From Alistipes sp. (GTDB lineage Bacteria > Bacteroidota > Bacteroidia > Bacteroidales > Rikenellaceae), in NCBI GenBank assembly GCA_017555905.1, contig JAFZFP010000012.1, positions 29,698 to 93,697 of the forward strand: a stretch of 64,000 nucleotides of DNA. Direction: 5' to 3'. A program made the translations under genes and the position numbers. The first letter of the stretch is position 1. Each line of letters opens with the position of its first letter. Below are positions 30,191-39,474 of this stretch, in pieces. The notes beneath the pieces were generated by a model, which was given only the letters and a program-made list of their open reading frames with translations, had not been told where the DNA came from and ran no database searches.

Positions 30191-31333
30191 TTAAAGACGG
30201 CGCTTAATCTCTCGTTCGAGTTCCTGAATACCGAGAGGTGCGTGAGAGATATCTCCGTCACGCTCAATAATATAAGCCTTAGGAAGTTGCTCTACGTTGA
30301 AGAGCGTGAAGACCGAAGGATTTGCTCCACCATAGACCGAAATCCAAGGGTGTTCCTGCTGGCGAACAGCCTCAATCCAAACAGCGATGTCGCTATCTGC
30401 CGAGACGTGGTACACCTCGAAACCTTGATCGTGATAGCGCTCATAGAGGGGCTTCAAATCGGCATTTATAGTGTTACACAATGCGCTCTGCGAAATCCAG
30501 AAGTATAGCAACACAACCTTACCATCCAAGTCCGAGAGTTTGTGCTTATGTTTGTAGATATCCTCCAACTCTATCTCGGGGTGTGAGGCGAGTTCCACGC
30601 GGTTAGCCAAATCCACCAATACCTCCTCCTCGGCAATGTATTGCTCCAAGATAGCGATATAGGGTGACTCGGGATAACTCTTACGCAAGGCCTCCAACAC
30701 CGCACGGTAGTGAACGATGGTGATGCCATAGCCCTCAAGTTGTGGAATATACTGCTCGGCAACCTTATGGCGAAGGGCATAGAGTGCCGCAAGTCGTCCT
30801 TGGTTGGCGCCCACGAAGCGCAACTGCGCCGTAACAGCCTCTTTGGCAGCCTTATAAGCCTCCTGCTCGGTATAGGCACTCCTCGCATTTAGGCGCTCAG
30901 CAATCAAGGCAAGGCGGTCGCAAGCCGTGAAGTACTCCTGGTTGAACTGCTTGATTAGTTGCGACTCCTCCGAACCCTCAACCTCGTAGTTAAGGAACAT
31001 ATCACCGGCCGACTCGATAGTAATCTCGTCACCTGGCGAAACGACAAGGGTCACAGGGCGCACATCATTCGAGGCCACCAAGCGGTAGAAACGTGGTGAC
31101 TCCTGCTCAGGTATATTCAACTCGAAACTAAAGGCTCCGTTGTCGGCCAAGCAGACAGCACCCAGACGCTCGGGCTGAGCAAACTTATCGGATACGCGCT
31201 CCAAGTATAGGCTATCGGCATTCAAGCCTACGACACGGCCCGAAATAGTGGTATTTATTTGGTTGTCTGCCACACCACACGAACTAAGCAGGGTGGCAAG
31301 TATTAACGATACAGCAAAAAACAATCTCTTCAT
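30191..31333 (-). CDS. TlpA/AhpC-TSA family lipoprotein with N-terminal DUF4369-like domain
   Basis: Lipobox LSS-C; C-terminal thioredoxin fold (KVVLLYFW) with a degenerate CxxC (SALC). Confidence 0.8.
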   Translation of the reverse strand: MKRLFFAVSLILATLLSSCGVADNQINTTISGRVVGLNADSLYLERVSDKFAQPERLGAVCLADNGAFSFELNIPEQESPRFYRLVASNDVRPVTLVVSPGDEITIESAGDMFLNYEVEGSEESQLIKQFNQEYFTACDRLALIAERLNARSAYTEQEAYKAAKEAVTAQLRFVGANQGRLAALYALRHKVAEQYIPQLEGYGITIVHYRAVLEALRKSYPESPYIAILEQYIAEEEVLVDLANRVELASHPEIELEDIYKHKHKLSDLDGKVVLLYFWISQSALCNTINADLKPLYERYHDQGFEVYHVSADSDIAVWIEAVRQQEHPWISVYGGANPSVFTLFNVEQLPKAYIIERDGDISHAPLGIQELEREIKRRL

Positions 31334-31399
31334 CTCTTCTCTTATCTTCATTTTCAACACCTTACAACCGATGTTGCAGGGGTTAGGTTACTCTTAAAT

Positions 31400-32074
31400 C
31401 TATCTGTGTGATGTGTGACGCTGGGCGTGCTGGTTACGGTTAGAACTCTTCTGCTGTTTGCGTTGTCCATTGCTACGCTGCATCTTACTACGCTTCTGTG
31501 GGCGTGAGGATTGGCCTGGACGGTACTCGCTACGCAGAGTGCTTACCTCCGAGAGGTCTACCTCGACATTGCCACCCGCCATTAGGTGTATATCACGAAT
31601 GATTGACTCGTTGTTGGGATGCTCGTTGTTGTACTCGTAACTCTTCGAACGCATAAAGCGGGCTACGTTAGCCACCTCACGCTCGGCAGTTCGGCTACCC
31701 TGCTTGCTGGCCAACATCTGTACCAAACGCTGTGCATACTTACCATAGTGCTTAAACATTATATGAGTCTGCGGATATGGCATCTTTTGTGGTACTATAG
31801 TAAGATCTTGGCGTGAAGGTTGCTGGTAAGGGGAATCGACATCCAAGCGAAAGTCCGACATTATGAATAGATGGTCCCATAACTTATGCTTGAAATCCTC
31901 CGTATCGCGCAACGTAGGGTTTAGGTTACCCATAACGGCAATCACGGCCTTAGCCTGTCGTGTACGCTCCTGTCTATCCTCGATGAGCAAAAGGGAATCG
32001 ACCATCTGCTGTATATGACGACCATACTCTGGAAGATAGAGTTTACTACGTGTGTAATTATAATTTTTTCTCAT
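31400..32074 (-). CDS. DUF4290 domain protein
   Basis: YN..R..L.LPEYGRHIQ.MV, KLWDHL.IMSDF.LDVDSPY, basic tail. Confidence 0.88.
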   Translation of the reverse strand: MRKNYNYTRSKLYLPEYGRHIQQMVDSLLLIEDRQERTRQAKAVIAVMGNLNPTLRDTEDFKHKLWDHLFIMSDFRLDVDSPYQQPSRQDLTIVPQKMPYPQTHIMFKHYGKYAQRLVQMLASKQGSRTAEREVANVARFMRSKSYEYNNEHPNNESIIRDIHLMAGGNVEVDLSEVSTLRSEYRPGQSSRPQKRSKMQRSNGQRKQQKSSNRNQHAQRHTSHR

Positions 32075-32337
32075 ATATCAATGCTGATAATACTCCTTTA
32101 CGATAGTTGTTCGACCCCTCGGGTGCTATGATGGTTACCCCTTAAAGGTCATTATAATATTGAAGTTCCGCCATTTTGGTTATTGCTATTGCACCAACGG
32201 ATTAAAGGTCGCACCTTTATCATTTGTAATATATTTGCCACTACCAAGATGACCTTAAAGCCATACAATAGTCACATTCACAAAGTGCTTATGGCTTTGA
32301 TCTCCACCACGACACCTATGTCTATATTACAACCCTA

Positions 32338-32369
32338 CAAAGTAACTAAAAATTATTTATATATACAAA
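32338..32369 (-). promoter_or_regulatory. Probable promoter of the DUF4290 operon, implying a ~260-nt leader
   Basis: TTTG (32369-32366), 20-nt spacer, TTACTTTG (one mismatch to TAnnTTTG). Confidence 0.5.
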
Positions 32370-32372
32370 ACT

Positions 32373-33512
32373 ATGACAAAAATTTTACTCCTTTCCAACT
32401 CGCAAAGTATGCTCAACTCCCTGAGCGAGCGCCTTAGATTTGAGAACTTTGCAACGGCCGAAGCACCCAACATCAACACCGCTACGGAGATGTGTCGTAA
32501 CGACCACTACGACGTAGCCATAGTTGATGGCGATGGCAAGTTCGACAACATCGGAGACCTCGCCCTGCCGACAATCATCATTGTTCGCAAGGCCGAGTTG
32601 GAGAGTGCCGTAGAGGCTCTGCGCAAGGGCGCAATCGACTACCTCAGCGCACCTATTGATATGAACCAACTGCTCGGTACCCTGCGTTCACTCCAGCAGG
32701 ATGAGGAGACAACCCCACCGCTACGCCTTCGCCAACCATCGAAACGCACGAATTGTGCCACACAGCCCATCATAGGCCACTCCGACGCCATAGAACACGT
32801 GCGCAATATGATACGACGAGTAGCACCCTCTAATGCCCGAGTCTTAGTTCTTGGCGAGAACGGCACAGGGAAAGAACTCGTAGCACGCTGGCTACACCTG
32901 AAGAGTTCGCGTTGCAACGCCCCCTTCGTGGAGGTGAACTGCGCAGCAATACCCGCAGAACTCATTGAGAGCGAACTCTTTGGCCACGAGAAAGGCTCAT
33001 TCACCTCGGCCGTAAAACAGCGCAAGGGAAAGTTCGAACTCGCCGATGGCGGAACACTCTTTATGGATGAGATTGGCGATATGTCGCTCTCGGCACAAGC
33101 CAAGGTATTACGCGCCCTGCAGGAGAATAAGATTACGCGCGTGGGTGGCGACAGAGATATATCGGTAGATGTGCGTGTGGTGGCGGCGACGAACAAGAAT
33201 ATACGCACCGAGATTGAGCGAGGCAACTTCCGCGAGGACCTCTACCACCGTCTAAGTGTCATCGAGATAGATGTGCCACCCCTCAGGGAGCGACGCGACG
33301 ACATAGCACTCCTTGTCGAGCACTTTATCGAGGAGATATGCCTAAAGCACAACATCCAGCCTAAATCTATTGATAGCGAAGCAATTGAGATACTCTCTTC
33401 ACGCCCCTGGACAGGCAACATCCGAGAGTTACACAACGTCGTCGAGCGACTGATAATCCTTAGCGACGACCATATTACGGCCCAAGAGGTGAGGCTCTAC
33501 TGTAGCCATTAG
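32373..33512 (+). CDS. NtrC/NtrX-like sigma54-interaction AAA+ regulator with degenerate receiver and no HTH
   Basis: GENGTGKE, VNCAAIP, ESELFGHEKGSFTSA, LFMDEIG, FREDLYHRL, W.GNIREL. Confidence 0.9.
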   Translation: MTKILLLSNSQSMLNSLSERLRFENFATAEAPNINTATEMCRNDHYDVAIVDGDGKFDNIGDLALPTIIIVRKAELESAVEALRKGAIDYLSAPIDMNQLLGTLRSLQQDEETTPPLRLRQPSKRTNCATQPIIGHSDAIEHVRNMIRRVAPSNARVLVLGENGTGKELVARWLHLKSSRCNAPFVEVNCAAIPAELIESELFGHEKGSFTSAVKQRKGKFELADGGTLFMDEIGDMSLSAQAKVLRALQENKITRVGGDRDISVDVRVVAATNKNIRTEIERGNFREDLYHRLSVIEIDVPPLRERRDDIALLVEHFIEEICLKHNIQPKSIDSEAIEILSSRPWTGNIRELHNVVERLIILSDDHITAQEVRLYCSH

Positions 33513-33516
33513 ACGA

Positions 33517-34174
33517 CTAAAGTACCTCAGCTTCGAGTTCCGCCATAGTAGATACCACGACATCTGCCCCCGCTTGATACAACTCCTCGGCAAAGCGGAA
33601 ACCCCACGCCACACCTATAGAGGCGATACCCGCAGCCTTTGCCGTACGTATATCGATGCCCGAGTCACCAACCATAACCACCCTATCCAGGGCGATATCT
33701 CTGTCCTTGATGATATTTAGCACCACGTGTGGGTCGGGCTTCAGGGGCGCACCCTCGCGATTACCCTCGATGGCAACGAACTCTATGTCGGAGAAGAACT
33801 TAGCAACCAAGCGGTCGGTGCCGTGCTGAAACTTATTAGATGCTACGGCGAGTTGTACACCTCTCTCCTGCAACTTTCTAAGCAGGTCGCACATACCCTC
33901 GTAAGGAACGGTATGGAGATCGATATTATCGACATAGTAGCGACGGAACTGCGCAACGCACTCCTCGACATAGGCCTCATTCTTGGCATACTCCTCTGGC
34001 AAAGCCCTCTCTACCAGTCGCTTAATGCCTCCCCCCGACCATCTGGCGATACTCCATATCGCTATGTTCGGGGTGGTTGCGACTGCGCATAACGTAATCC
34101 ACCGAGGCCGCCAAATCGCCAATAGTATTGAGCAACGTGCCATCCAAGTCGAAAATCACAAGGTCGTACTTCAT
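33517..34174 (-). pseudogene. HAD-family (phosphoglycolate phosphatase-like) hydrolase with a +1 frameshift in a G6 run
   Basis: ATG at 34174 gives MKYDLVIFDLDGTLLNT...RQMVGG and then a stop. The rest (GIKRLVERA...SNK...KPDP...VGDS..D) is in another frame. Removing one G at 34031-34036 fuses them. Confidence 0.85.
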
Positions 34175-34191
34175 ACCCTAACCCTCCAAAG

Positions 34192-35289
34192 TTAAATCTC
34201 CTCTCTATAGTCGTAGAGCTGGTTACGAAGGAGTGGGATGAATCCTGCACGGGTGATTGTCGCCTTCATAGCCTCCTTATCGAAACGTGTCGTAGCACCT
34301 GCCGACGACACCACATTCTCCTCAATCATAATAGAACCCATATCGTTTGCTCCCGAGTGTAGAGCAATCTCCGCCACATCCTTGCCTACGGTGAGCCACG
34401 AAGCCTGAATATTAGGGATGTTGTGCAACACTATACGGCTCATTGCCACTATGCGGAGGTACTCCAAAGCCGAGAAACGAGGGGCTACACCCTCACGCTC
34501 CAATTGCGTACCCTTAGGGCAGAAGACCCAAGGGATGAAGGCGGTAAATCCGCGCGACCCCTCGGGCTTATGGGCCTGAAGGTCACGGATGGTAATGAGG
34601 TGATCGACGCGCTCGTGAGGGGTCTCCACGTGGCCGTACATCATCGTAGCCGTGGTGGGGATACCCAAGAGGTGTGCCTCGTGCATAACCTTAACCCAGT
34701 CGTGGGCCGAGGGCTTGGCAGGAGATATTATCTTGCGCACACGCTCCGAAAGAATCTCTGCTCCAGCTCCTGGCAACGTATCGAGGCCCGCACTGCGCAG
34801 ACGCTCCAAGGTCTCACGTGTTGAGATGCCACTTATCGAGGCAATATGTGCCACCTCGGGCGCACCCAAAGCATTGAGGCGCAAGGTGGGATAGTGTCGC
34901 TTAATCTCGCTGAAGAGTTTCTCGTAGAACTCAATACCCAAGCGAGGGTGAAGACCTCCCTGAAGCAACAACTGGTCGGCACCGAGGCGTAGGGCCTCGT
35001 CGATTTTAGCCTTGTACTCGGCCATCGTGGTTATATAGGCCAACTCAGTCTGGTGGGGCTTACAGTGGAAATTACAGAACTTACAACCCGACTTGCAGAC
35101 GTTGGTGACATTGACATTGCGGTCTATCTGCCACGTAACCACGTGAGGGTCGCGCACAGAGGCCTGACGCAGAGTGTCGGCTACGCTACACAACAACTGC
35201 AAGGGTGCCTCGTCGTAGAGGAGATATGCCTCCTCTCGGGTCAATGGCTCACGTTCGAGAGCCTTCTCAAGTATATCGTTAATATTCAT
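34192..35289 (-). CDS. mqnC: Cyclic dehypoxanthinyl futalosine synthase (radical SAM)
   Basis: IDRNVN.TNVC...CKFC, LLQGG.HP, PGAGAEIL, TATMMYGH, FIPW, NIQASW, GANDMGS.MIEENVV. Confidence 0.88.
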   Translation of the reverse strand: MNINDILEKALEREPLTREEAYLLYDEAPLQLLCSVADTLRQASVRDPHVVTWQIDRNVNVTNVCKSGCKFCNFHCKPHQTELAYITTMAEYKAKIDEALRLGADQLLLQGGLHPRLGIEFYEKLFSEIKRHYPTLRLNALGAPEVAHIASISGISTRETLERLRSAGLDTLPGAGAEILSERVRKIISPAKPSAHDWVKVMHEAHLLGIPTTATMMYGHVETPHERVDHLITIRDLQAHKPEGSRGFTAFIPWVFCPKGTQLEREGVAPRFSALEYLRIVAMSRIVLHNIPNIQASWLTVGKDVAEIALHSGANDMGSIMIEENVVSSAGATTRFDKEAMKATITRAGFIPLLRNQLYDYREEI

Positions 35290-35301
35290 TAGTTTAACCC
35301 T

Positions 35302-37446
35302 TTATAGTAGTAGTTGGAAATCGAGGGTGCGACGACGCATATCCACGCTCTTAACCCTCACCCTCACAGGAGTTCCGAGGGTTAGGCGCACACCCGAACT
35401 ACGACCCACAACCTCGTAGCGAGCCTCGTCGAAGCGATAGTAGTCGTCGGCATCTATATCTCTGAGGAAGGCCATACCCTCTACGTGGGTCTCGTCGAGT
35501 TCTACATAGAGGCCCCAGTCGGTCATTCCCGAAACCGTTCCCGTAAACTCCTCGCCGATATGATCCTTCATAAACTCCGCCATCTTATACTTGATACTTG
35601 CGCGCTCGGCCTCCGATGCCAAAATCTCACGCTCGGTGGAGTGTACACACAAGGCCTCAAGTTGGGTCTTGTCACCACGCTTCTCTCCCGCCAAATACGA
35701 CGCTAAGAGCCTGTGTACCAACATATCGGGGTAGCGACGGATGGGCGAAGTGAAGTGTGTGTAGTAGGGGAATGCCAAGCCGTAGTGGCCTATATTGTCG
35801 GTGGTATAGACCGCCTTAGCCATACTACGCACAGCCAGCGTGGTGATAGCATTCGACTCCGCCTTGCCAGCGATGGTGGTGAGCAACTTATTCATCTCCT
35901 TAGCCACAGCCCTACCCTTCGAGGCCTTGAAGTAGTGGCCAAAGCGCAAGGCGAACTCCTTGAAGCGGGTAAGTTTCTCCTCCGTAGGCTCGTCGTGAAC
36001 ACGGAAGACCATTGGGCGTGGCACCTTACGGCCATTGGCTATGCGGTGGGCGCAGAACTCCGCAACACGGCGGTTGGCCAACAACATAAACTCCTCGATG
36101 AGTTGGTTGGCCTCCTTCTGCACCTTGGTATATACTCCAATGGGGCGACCCTGCTCGTCGAGACGGAAGCGTACCTCGTCACGAGCAAAAGCGATAGCAC
36201 CCTGCTTGAAGCGCAAAGCCCTCAACTGTTGAGCCAACCTATTGAGTGTCAATATCTCCTCCTTATAATCTCCATCACCCTGCTCGATAACTGCCTGAGC
36301 CTCCTCGTAGGCAAACCTACGGTCGGAGTGAATCACCGTGCGGCCAAACCACTCATCCACAATCTCCGAGTTGTCGTTAAGGGTGAAGATAGCCGAGAAG
36401 CACAACTTATCCTCGTTGGGGCGCAACGAGCAGAGGTCGTTACACAACCTTTCTGGCAACATAGGCACGGTGCGATCGACAAGATATACGGATGTAGCAC
36501 GCTCCAAAGCCTCGTTATCTACCACCGAGCCAGGGGTTACGTAGTGGGTAACATCGGCGATATGTACGCCCACCTCCCAGAGTCCGTCGGCCAACTTATG
36601 CAACGACAGAGCATCGTCGAAATCCTTAGCATCGGCAGGGTCAATGGTGAAGGTAGTCCTATGGCGCATATCCCTACGTTGAGCGATCTCCTGGCTTGTT
36701 ATACGGCCATCAATACGCTCTGCGGCACGCTCAACCTCCTCCTCGAAGTGGTACGGAAGGTCGAACTCCGCCAAGATGGCGTGCATCTCCGTATCGTTAT
36801 CGCCAGCCTTACCAAGTCGCTCGACGAGTTCTCCGTATGGCAGACGCTCACCCTCGGGCCACTCCGTAACACGAACAACAACCTTGTCGCCATCCTCAAC
36901 CTCGGGGTAGCGACGGCGCGAAAGGTATATATCTGTTCCCAAACGACGGCTGTCAGGTGTGACAAAGATAGCATTTGCCGTAACCTCGGCAACACCCACA
37001 TAGGGCTTCGTGCTACGCTCCAGCACCTCGACAATAGTACCCTCAAGTTCTCCGTCACGCGAACGACGAGCAACGACCAACGCCACCCTATCGCCATCTA
37101 AGGCACCGCCACCATTACGACGAGCCACATATACATCGCTCTCCAAAACATCCACCTGCACATACAGAGCACCAGGGGTCAAGGATACTACAACACCCTC
37201 ATAGCGAGGCATTGCCGAACGCGACAAGCGGTACTTGCTACGGGCAACCTCCTCAACAAAGCCATCCTCGATGAGTTGGCGGATGATGGCAAAGGTCATC
37301 GTGCGACCATCCCTATCCGCACCTCCAGAGGCTGCAGCCAAGTGTTTGAGCGAAAACTTATTATCGGGAAACTCCCTAAACATATCTACGATGAACGAAG
37401 CACGTTCATCGCGGTTGTTTCCCCTCTTATTTTTTTTCTTTCCCAT
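35302..37446 (-). CDS. rnr: Ribonuclease R
   Basis: FTIDP.DAKDFDDA, VHIADV, IEEFMLLAN, HFTSPIRRYPD, S1 domain. Confidence 0.95.
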   Translation of the reverse strand: MGKKKNKRGNNRDERASFIVDMFREFPDNKFSLKHLAAASGGADRDGRTMTFAIIRQLIEDGFVEEVARSKYRLSRSAMPRYEGVVVSLTPGALYVQVDVLESDVYVARRNGGGALDGDRVALVVARRSRDGELEGTIVEVLERSTKPYVGVAEVTANAIFVTPDSRRLGTDIYLSRRRYPEVEDGDKVVVRVTEWPEGERLPYGELVERLGKAGDNDTEMHAILAEFDLPYHFEEEVERAAERIDGRITSQEIAQRRDMRHRTTFTIDPADAKDFDDALSLHKLADGLWEVGVHIADVTHYVTPGSVVDNEALERATSVYLVDRTVPMLPERLCNDLCSLRPNEDKLCFSAIFTLNDNSEIVDEWFGRTVIHSDRRFAYEEAQAVIEQGDGDYKEEILTLNRLAQQLRALRFKQGAIAFARDEVRFRLDEQGRPIGVYTKVQKEANQLIEEFMLLANRRVAEFCAHRIANGRKVPRPMVFRVHDEPTEEKLTRFKEFALRFGHYFKASKGRAVAKEMNKLLTTIAGKAESNAITTLAVRSMAKAVYTTDNIGHYGLAFPYYTHFTSPIRRYPDMLVHRLLASYLAGEKRGDKTQLEALCVHSTEREILASEAERASIKYKMAEFMKDHIGEEFTGTVSGMTDWGLYVELDETHVEGMAFLRDIDADDYYRFDEARYEVVGRSSGVRLTLGTPVRVRVKSVDMRRRTLDFQLLL

Positions 37447-37456
37447 CTCTTTCTCT

Positions 37457-38563
37457 TTACTTATTCAAAATATGGAGTGCCATACGCTCCATCATACGCT
37501 CACCCACGGCCATAGCCTCCTCACGAGGGAGGAAGGTTGCGGTATGTGAGCCTCCCGACTCTGCTCCCACACCCAAGCGGTAGAAGAGCGAGGGGTAGCA
37601 CTCGGTATAGTAGCCGAAGTCCTCAGCCATAGGGATACGCTCCATCTGGCGTACCACGATATCCTCGTCCTGCGCTATAATCATAGCCTCGTAGGAGAGC
37701 ATAACATCATTTGTTACAGAGGGATAGCCTCTGTTTATATCGACCACGACACTCACACCATACTTCGTCTCGACCTCTTTAGCACTGCTACGCAGGAGCG
37801 AGTGGATATGCTCCCTTACCTCCCTATCGAAAGTACGCATAGTACCCTCAGCATAGGTATTGGCAGGGATTACGTTGGTAGCACCCTCGGCCACTATCTT
37901 TCCTACGGAGATGACACACTCGGGCCTATTAAGCGAGGTGGTGCGAACAATCATATCAGCAATTGCCGTAACCGTATCGTCGATATCGCCACGACGGGCG
38001 GCGTGGCCTCCACGGCCCGAAACATAGAGGCGCAACTCATCATTCGAGGCCATAAAGACCCCAGGGCAGATGCCTACCTCGCCTACCTCCAAACGCGAAT
38101 CGACGTGCTGGCCAATCACGGCACTCACACTGTACCCCTCGAAGGGGCGCTCAGCCAACACCTTAGAGGCTCCGCCAGGGTTCTGCTCCTCGCCAGGCTG
38201 AAAGATGCCGAAGAGGGTACCCTCGAAGTTGCGGTGGCGGTTGAGACTCTGCAACACACCGAAGAGCATACCCGCGTGCATATCGTGACCGCAGGCGTGC
38301 ATAACACCCTCACTCTCCGAGCGATACTCCACATCATTCTGCTCCACCACGGGCAATGCATCAATATCGGCACGAAGCACCACGGCACGGCTTAGGTTGC
38401 CCCTCTTACCCTCTATCTTTGCCAAGACTCCCGTACCGGCAATCTTACGACACTCGATACCCTCAGCCTCCAAGGCATCAAGGATAAAGCGCTGAGTGCG
38501 AAACTCCTCGAAGGATAGTTCGGGGTGGCGATGCAACTCTCGACGAAACTCTATACTATTCAT
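37457..38563 (-). CDS. M20 family amidohydrolase
   Basis: H.HPELS, LRADIDALP, MHACGHD, FQPGEE, AEDF. Confidence 0.92.
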   Translation of the reverse strand: MNSIEFRRELHRHPELSFEEFRTQRFILDALEAEGIECRKIAGTGVLAKIEGKRGNLSRAVVLRADIDALPVVEQNDVEYRSESEGVMHACGHDMHAGMLFGVLQSLNRHRNFEGTLFGIFQPGEEQNPGGASKVLAERPFEGYSVSAVIGQHVDSRLEVGEVGICPGVFMASNDELRLYVSGRGGHAARRGDIDDTVTAIADMIVRTTSLNRPECVISVGKIVAEGATNVIPANTYAEGTMRTFDREVREHIHSLLRSSAKEVETKYGVSVVVDINRGYPSVTNDVMLSYEAMIIAQDEDIVVRQMERIPMAEDFGYYTECYPSLFYRLGVGAESGGSHTATFLPREEAMAVGERMMERMALHILNK

Positions 38564-38569
38564 AACGTG

Positions 38570-39466
38570 CTACTTACGAGGTTTGTAATGGCGAGCCATC
38601 TGCGCTATGCTACGTGTGTACTCCGCCGTAGTGCCACAGCAACCACCCACAATGCTCAACAAACCACGCTCGGCATAGGTGCGCAGGGTCTCGGTATGTT
38701 TCTTCACCGTCTCTGGGTACTTACCACGGCTATCGGGAATACCTGCCGAAGGGGCGATATAGGTTGGCAACGAGGTGAAGCGGGCAAGCAATTCGAGGTT
38801 GTCGGTGACACTCTTCACACCATAGGAGCAGTTGAAGCCTATGGCCAATGGCTCGAACTTCGACACATCTTCCACAAACTTCTCTATCGGGCGACCCGAG
38901 GCGAGCAAACCGCCAATCTTAGATAGCGTAGCCGAGAAGATGATAGGACGCTCGGGAGCTACCTCACGGCAGACCTCAGCAGCAATCTCTGCATTACGAA
39001 CATCGGTAATGCTCTCGATAAGGAAGATATCCACGCCATTGCTCTCAAGGGCCTGGATAAGGGTGCGGTATGACTCCCTGAGTTCCTCCTCCTTAAGATC
39101 CACGGCCAACGATATATTGCGTGTTGAAGGGCCTATAGAGCCAGCAATGAAGATCTCCTTTGTGGAGTCTTGCTTAGCACTACGGATGGCCTCGATGCCC
39201 GCCTTGACAACCTCCTCGGTGGTGATATTCACACCACACGACGCCAACGACAAGGGGTCGGCGAGGAAAGTATTCGTCGTAAGAATCGTAGCACCAGCCT
39301 TGATAGACTCCCTATACATAGCCTCAACCTTAGGTCTATCGGTGATGGACAACATCTCGGGCAACACATCACGACGCGCCCCAATGAGGGAGGTTCCAAT
39401 GGCCGAATCCTTGACAATTATATGGCGCGAGAGAATCTCGCTAATACGCTCTTTAACACTGCTCAT
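38570..39466 (-). CDS. Stand-alone homocysteine S-methyltransferase domain protein (MetH N-terminal-like)
   Basis: AGA..LTTNTF, AGSIGP, GVD..LIE, GFNC, P.AG.P, GGCCGTT zinc ligands. Confidence 0.85.
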   Translation of the reverse strand: MSSVKERISEILSRHIIVKDSAIGTSLIGARRDVLPEMLSITDRPKVEAMYRESIKAGATILTTNTFLADPLSLASCGVNITTEEVVKAGIEAIRSAKQDSTKEIFIAGSIGPSTRNISLAVDLKEEELRESYRTLIQALESNGVDIFLIESITDVRNAEIAAEVCREVAPERPIIFSATLSKIGGLLASGRPIEKFVEDVSKFEPLAIGFNCSYGVKSVTDNLELLARFTSLPTYIAPSAGIPDSRGKYPETVKKHTETLRTYAERGLLSIVGGCCGTTAEYTRSIAQMARHYKPRK

Positions 39467-39474
39467 AATGCTAA

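Noticed and set aside
32224-32332. 10-bp inverted repeat read as an invertible promoter
   Set aside because: There is no recombinase nearby and the repeat is short and AT-rich. An RNA helix explains it together with the other stems. Read-orientation analysis could revive the idea.
32183-32437. 84-aa ORF in the structured intergenic region
   Set aside because: TTG start, it overlaps the regulator start in another frame, and it has no motifs.
34043-34143. N-terminus of the track ORF 33517..34143 (MARCSILL...)
   Set aside because: Wrong frame. The true HAD N-terminus starts at 34174.
35713-37101. 462-aa plus-strand ORF
   Set aside because: It lies entirely antisense to rnr and has no recognisable domain.
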